Source of the DNA: Auanema rhodensis
Lineage: Eukaryota > Animalia > Nematoda
DNA: 64,000 nt
Direction: 5' to 3'
NCBI GenBank assembly: GCA_964057225.1
Contig: OZ059896.1
Location: 744,001 to 808,000 of the forward strand
In this document: one piece after another, positions 58,256 to 64,000 of the stretch
How positions within the stretch are numbered: position 1 is the first letter of the stretch
Layout of the letters: every line of letters starts with the position of its first letter
The notes under the pieces: generated by a model
Seen by the model: the letters and a program-made list of their open reading frames with translations, nothing else
The model's database searches: none
Told to the model about the DNA's origin: nothing
Translations under genes and position numbers: made by a program

Positions 58256-61200
58256 ATCTTTCACGTGAAGCGAGTTACATACCAAGTGCACATCACGTGT
58301 ACATTTAATTAGCATAAATTAAAGTTCACGTAAATTTCAAAGTCATGGTTACCATGCACCAATATCAATAAAAATTTGTTTTTAGACTAATATGGACATG
58401 GGGAATCTGATTTTGAAAACCGCATCTCTTTATCTTTCACGTGAAGCGAGTTACATACCAAGTGCACATCACGTGTACATTTAATTAGCATAAATTACAG
58501 TTCACGTAAATTTCAAAGTCATGGTTACCATGAACCAGTATCAATAAAAATTTGTTTTTAGACTAATATGGACATGGGAAATCTAATTTTGAAAACCGCA
58601 TCTCTTTATCTTTCACGTGAAGCGAGTTACATACCAAGTGCACATCACGTGTACATTTAATTAGTATAAATTAAAGTTCACGTAAATTTCAAAGTCATGG
58701 TTACCATGAACCAGTATCAATAAAAATTTGTTTTTAGACTAATATGGACATGGGAAATCTAATTTTGAAAACCGCATCTTTTTATCTTTTACGTGAAGCT
58801 AGTTACATACCAAGTGCACATCACGTGTACATTTAATTAGCATAAATTAAAGTTCACGTAAATTTCAAAGTCATGGTTACCATGAACCAGTATCAATAAA
58901 AATTTGTTTTTAGACTAATATGGACATGGGAAATCTAATTTTGAAAACCGCATCTCTTTATCTTTTACGTGAAGCTAGTTACATACCAAGTGCACATCAC
59001 GTGTACATTTAATTAGCATAAATTAAAGTTCACGTAAATTTCAAAGTCATGGTTACCATGCACCAATATCAATAAAAATTTGTTTTTAGACTAATATGGA
59101 CATGGGGATTCTAATTTTGAAAACCGCATCTCTTTATCTTTCACGTGAAGCGAGTTACATACCAAATGCACATGACGTGTACATTTAATTAGCATAAATT
59201 AAAGTTCACGTAAATTTCAAAGTTATGGTTACCATGAACCAATATCAATAAAAATTTGTTTTTAGACTAATATGGACATGGGGAATCTAATTTTGAAAAC
59301 CGCATCTCTTTATCTTTCACGTGAAGCGAGTTACATACCAAGTGCACATCACGTGTACATTTAATTAGCATAAATTAAAGTTCACGTAAATTTCAAAGTC
59401 ATGGTTACCATGAACCAATATCAATAAAAATTTGTTTTTAGACTAATATGGACATGGGAAATCTAATTTTGAAAACCGCATCTCTTTATCTTTTACGTGA
59501 AGCGAGTTACATACCAAGTGCACATCACGTGTACATTTAATTAGCATAAATTAAAGTTCACGTAAATTTCAAAGTCATGGTTACCATGAACCAGTATCAA
59601 TAAAAATTTGTTTTTAGACTAATATGGACATGGGAAATCTAATTTTGAAAACCGCATCTCTTTATCTTTTACGTGAAGCTAGTTACATACCAAGTGCACA
59701 TCACGTGTACATTTAATTAGCATAAATTAAAGTTCACGTAAATTTCAAAGTCATGGTTACCATGAACCAGTATCAATAAAAATTTGTTTTTAGACTAATA
59801 TGGACATGGGAAATCTAATTTTGAAAACCGCATCTCTTTATCTTTTACGTGAAGCTAGTTACATACCAAGTGCACATCACGTGTACATTTAATTAGCATA
59901 AATTAAAGTTCACGTAAATTTCAAAGTCATGGTTACCATGAACCAATATCAATAAAAATTTGTTTTTAGACTAATATGGACATGGGGAATCTAATTTTGA
60001 AAACCGCATCTCTTTATCTTTCACGTGAAGCGAGTTACATACCAAGTGCACATGACGTGTACATTTAATTAGCATAAATTAAAGTTCACGTAAATTTCAA
60101 AGTCATGGTTACCATGAACCAATATCAATAACAATTTGTTTTTAGACTAATATGGACATGGGAAATCTAATTTTGAAAACCGCATCTCTTTATCTTTTAC
60201 GTGAAGCTAGTTACATACCAAGTGCACATCACGTGTACATTTAATTAGCATAAATTAAAGTTCACGTAAATTTCAAAGTCATGGTTACCATGAACCAGTA
60301 TCAATAAAAATTTGTTTTTAGACTAATATGGACATGGGAAATCTAATTTTGAAAACCGCATCTCTTTATCTTTTACGTGAAGCTAGTTACATACCAAGTG
60401 CACATCACGTGTACATTTAATTAGCATAAATTAAAGTTCACGTAAATTTCAAAGTCATGGTTACCATGAACCAATATCAATAAAAATTTGTTTTTAGACT
60501 AATATGGACATGGGGAATCTAATTTTGAAAACCGCATCTCTTTATCTTTCACGTGAAGCGAGTTACATACCAAGTGCACATGACGTGTACATTTAATTAG
60601 CATAAATTAAAGTTCACGTAAATTTCAAAGTCATGGTTACCATGAACCAATATCAATAACAATTTGTTTTTAGACTAATATGGACATGGGAAATCTAATT
60701 TTGAAAACCGCATCTCTTTATCTTTTACGTGAAGCTAGTTACATACCAAGTGCACATCACGTGTACATTTAATTAGCATAAATTAAAGTTCACGTAAATT
60801 TCAAAGTCATGGTTACCATGAACCAGTATCAATAAAAATTTGTTTTTAGACTAATATGGACATGGGAAATCTAATTTTGAAAACCGCATCTCTTTATCTT
60901 TTACGTGAAGCTAGTTACATACCAAGTGCACATCACGTGTACATTTAATTAGCATAAATTAAAGTTCACGTAAATTTCAAAGTCATGGTTACCATGCACC
61001 AATATCAATAAAAATTTGTTTTTAGACTAATATGGACATGGGGAATCTAATTTTGAAAACCGCATCTCTTTATCTTTCACGTGAAGCGAGTTACATACCA
61101 AGTGCACATGACGTGTACATTTAATTAGCATAAATTAAAGTTCACGTAAATTTCAAAGTCATGGTTACCATGAACCAATATCAATAAAAATTTGTTTTTA

Positions 61201-64000
61201 GACTAATATGGACATGGGGAATCTAATTTTGAAAACCGCATCTCTTTATCTTTCACGTGAAGCGAGTTACATACCAAGTGCACATCACGTGTACATTTAA
61301 TTAGCATAAATTAAAGTTCACGTAAATTTCAAAGTCATGGTTACCATGAACCAATATCAATAAAAATTTGTTTTTAGACTAATATGGACATGGGAAATCT
61401 AATTTTGAAAACCGCATCTCTTTATCTTTTACGTGAAGCGAGTTACATACCAAGTGCACATCACGTGTACATTTAATTAGCATAAATTAAAGTTCACGTA
61501 AATTTCAAAGTCATGGTTACCATGAACCAGTATCAATAAAAATTTGTTTTTAGACTAATATGGACATGGGAAATCTAATTTTGAAAACCGCATCTCTTTA
61601 TCTTTTACGTGAAGCTAGTTACATACCAAGTGCACATCACGTGTACATTTAATTAGCATAAATTAAAGTTCACGTAAATTTCAAAGTCATGGTTACCATG
61701 AACCAGTATCAATAAAAATTTGTTTTTAGACTAATATGGACATGGGAAATCTAATTTTGAAAACCGCATCTCTTTATCTTTTACGTGAAGCTAGTTACAT
61801 ACCAAGTGCACATCACGTGTACATTTAATTAGCATAAATTAAAGTTCACGTAAATTTCAAAGTCATGGTTACCATGAACCAGTATCAATAAAAATTTGTT
61901 TTTAGACTAATATGGACATGGGAAATCTAATTTTGAAAACCGCATCTCTTTATCTTTTACGTGAAGCTAGTTACATACCAAGTGCACATCACGTGTACAT
62001 TTAATTAGCATAAATTAAAGTTCACGTAAATTTCAAAGTCATGGTTACCATGAACCAATATCAATAAAAATTTGTTTTTAGACTAATATGGACATGGGGA
62101 ATCTAATTTTGAAAACCGCATCTCTTTATCTTTCACGTGAAGCGAGTTACATACCAAGTGCACATGACGTGTACATTTAATTAGCATAAATTAAAGTTCA
62201 CGTAAATTTCAAAGTCATGGTTACCATGAACCAATATCAATAACAATTTGTTTTTAGACTAATATGGACATGGGGAATCTAATTTTGAAAACCGCATCTC
62301 TTTATCTTTCACGTGAAGCGAGTTACATACCAAGTGCACATCACGTGTACATTTAATTAGCATAAATTAAAGTTCACGTAAATTTCAAAGTCATGGTGAC
62401 CATGAACCAATATCAATAAAAATTTGTTTTTAGACTAAAATGGACATGGGGAATCTAATTTTGAAAACCGCATCTCTTTATCTTTCACGTGAAGCGAGTT
62501 ACATACCAAGTGCACATCACGTGTACATTTAATTAGCATAAATTAAAGTTCACGTAAATTTCAAAGTCATGGTTACCATGAACCAATATCAATAAAAATT
62601 TGTAATTAGACTAATATGGACATGGGGAATCTAATTTTGGAAACCGCATCTCTTTATCTTTCACGTGAAGCGAGTTACATACCAAGTGCACATCACGTGT
62701 ACATTTAATTAGCATAAATTAAAGTTCACGTAAATTTCAAAGTCATGGTTACCATGAACCAATATCAATAAAAATTTGTTTTTAGACTAATATGGACATG
62801 GGGAATCTGATTTTGAAAACCGCATCTCTTTATCTTTCACGTGAAGCGAGTTACATACCAAGTGCACATCACGTGTACATTTAATTAGCATAAATTACAG
62901 TTCACGTAAATTTCAAAGTCATGGTTACCATGAACCAGTATCAATAAAAATTTGTTTTTAGACTAATATGGACATGGGAAATCTAATTTTGAAAACCGCA
63001 TCTCTTTATCTTTCACGTGAAGCGAGTTACATACCAAGTGCACATCACGTGTACATTTAATTAGTGTAAATTAAAGTTCACGTAAATTTCAAAGTCATGG
63101 TTACCATGAACCAGTATCAATAAAAATTTGTTTTTAGACTAATATGGACATGGGAAATCTAATTTTGAAAACCGCATCTCTTTATCTTTTACGTGAAGCT
63201 AGTTACATACCAAGTGCACATCACGTGTACATTTAATTAGCATAAATTAAAGTTCACGTAAATTTCAAAGTCATGGTTACCATGAACCAGTATCAATAAA
63301 AATTTGTTTTTAGACTAATATGGACATGGGAAATCTAATTTTGAAAACCGCATCTCTTTATCTTTTACGTGAAGCTAGTTACATACCAAGTGCACATCAC
63401 GTGTACATTTAATTAGCATAAATTAAAGTTCACGTAAATTTCAAAGTCATGGTTACCATGCACCAATATCAATAAAAATTTGTTTTTAGACTAATATGGA
63501 CATGGGGAATCTAATTTTGAAAACCGCATCTCTTTATCTTTCACGTGAAGCGAGTTACATACCAAGTGCACATGACGTGTACATTTAATTAGCATAAATT
63601 AAAGTTCACGTAAATTTCAAAGTCATGGTTACCATGAACCAATATCAATAAAAATTTGTTTTTAGACTAATATGGACATGGGGAATCTAATTTTGAAAAC
63701 CGCATCTCTTTATCTTTCACGTGAAGCGAGTTACATACCAAGTGCACATCACGTGTACATTTAATTAGCATAAATTAAAGTTCACGTAAATTTCAAAGTC
63801 ATGGTTACCATGAACCAATATCAATAAAAATTTGTTTTTAGACTAATATGGACATGGGAAATCTAATTTTGAAAACCGCATCTCTTTATCTTTTACGTGA
63901 AGCGAGTTACATACCAAGTGCACATCACGTGTACATTTAATTAGCATAAATTAAAGTTCACGTAAATTTCAAAGTCATGGTTACCATGAACCAGTATCAA
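58256..64000 (+). repeat. ~8-monomer block repeated at a 25-monomer (4400-bp) offset (58256-59663 vs 62656-64000), enclosing a 3-mer duplication at 59664-60191 / 60192-60719
   Basis: A154G lies at 58409 and 62809, each followed by an A67C monomer. The trimer [C7T,G17T,A107G,G148A][C7T,G17T][C39G,A117C,G148A] occurs twice. Confidence 0.8.

Larger units (their letters stand above)
1..64000. repeat. Tandem satellite DNA array, 176-bp monomer, about 363.6 copies, single orientation (candidate centromeric/pericentromeric satellite)
   Basis: ATCTTTCACGTGAA recurs at 1, 177, 353 and onward, and line phasing repeats every 2640 bp (15 x 176). Monomer starts are 1+176k up to 48753 and shift by -1 afterwards (52801 and 63361 begin at monomer position 2). 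I saw no non-repeat sequence, and the array runs off both window edges. The centromeric role is an inference. Confidence 0.99.

Noticed and set aside
1-64000. CRISPR array, integron cassette array or other repeat-spacer system
   Set aside because: There are no unique spacers or cassettes; the whole 176 bp is repeated, and no cas, integrase or any other gene is present.
1-64000. Tandem RNA gene array (5S rRNA, tRNA, snRNA, spliced leader) or telomeric repeat
   Set aside because: I found no recognisable Pol III A/B/C boxes, cloverleaf, conserved RNA sequence or short G-rich telomeric unit on either strand.

Overview
The whole 64-kb window is one uninterrupted head-to-tail satellite DNA array of about 363.6 copies of a 176-bp AT-rich monomer (about 32% GC by hand count). 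I see no genes, RNA genes, transposon insertions, large inversions or CRISPR spacers. Consensus (exact copy at 29041-29216): ATCTTTCACGTGAAGCGAGTTACATACCAAGTGCACATCACGTGTACATTTAATTAGCATAAATTAAAGTTCACGTAAATTTCAAAGTCATGGTTACCATGAACCAATATCAATAAAAATTTGTTTTTAGACTAATATGGACATGGGGAATCTAATTTTGAAAACCGCATCTCTTT. Monomers differ from it by about 0-6 substitutions, and only one net indel breaks the register (about 48779). The nucleosome-sized unit, homogeneity and array length fit a eukaryotic centromeric, pericentromeric or subtelomeric satellite; I cannot assign a species or named family. Three kinds of sub-structure stand out. (1) The monomer is dense in dyads, with three phased TCACGT/E-box cores. (2) Several recurrent multi-base variants perfect or invert local inverted repeats, a template-switch-like signature. 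(3) Nested, irregular higher-order duplications (2- to 17-mers) form haplotype domains, with a switch at about 22-26 kb. The two supplied ORFs are chance stop-codon read-throughs. Variant names such as C7T give the position within the consensus monomer; all variants were read by eye.
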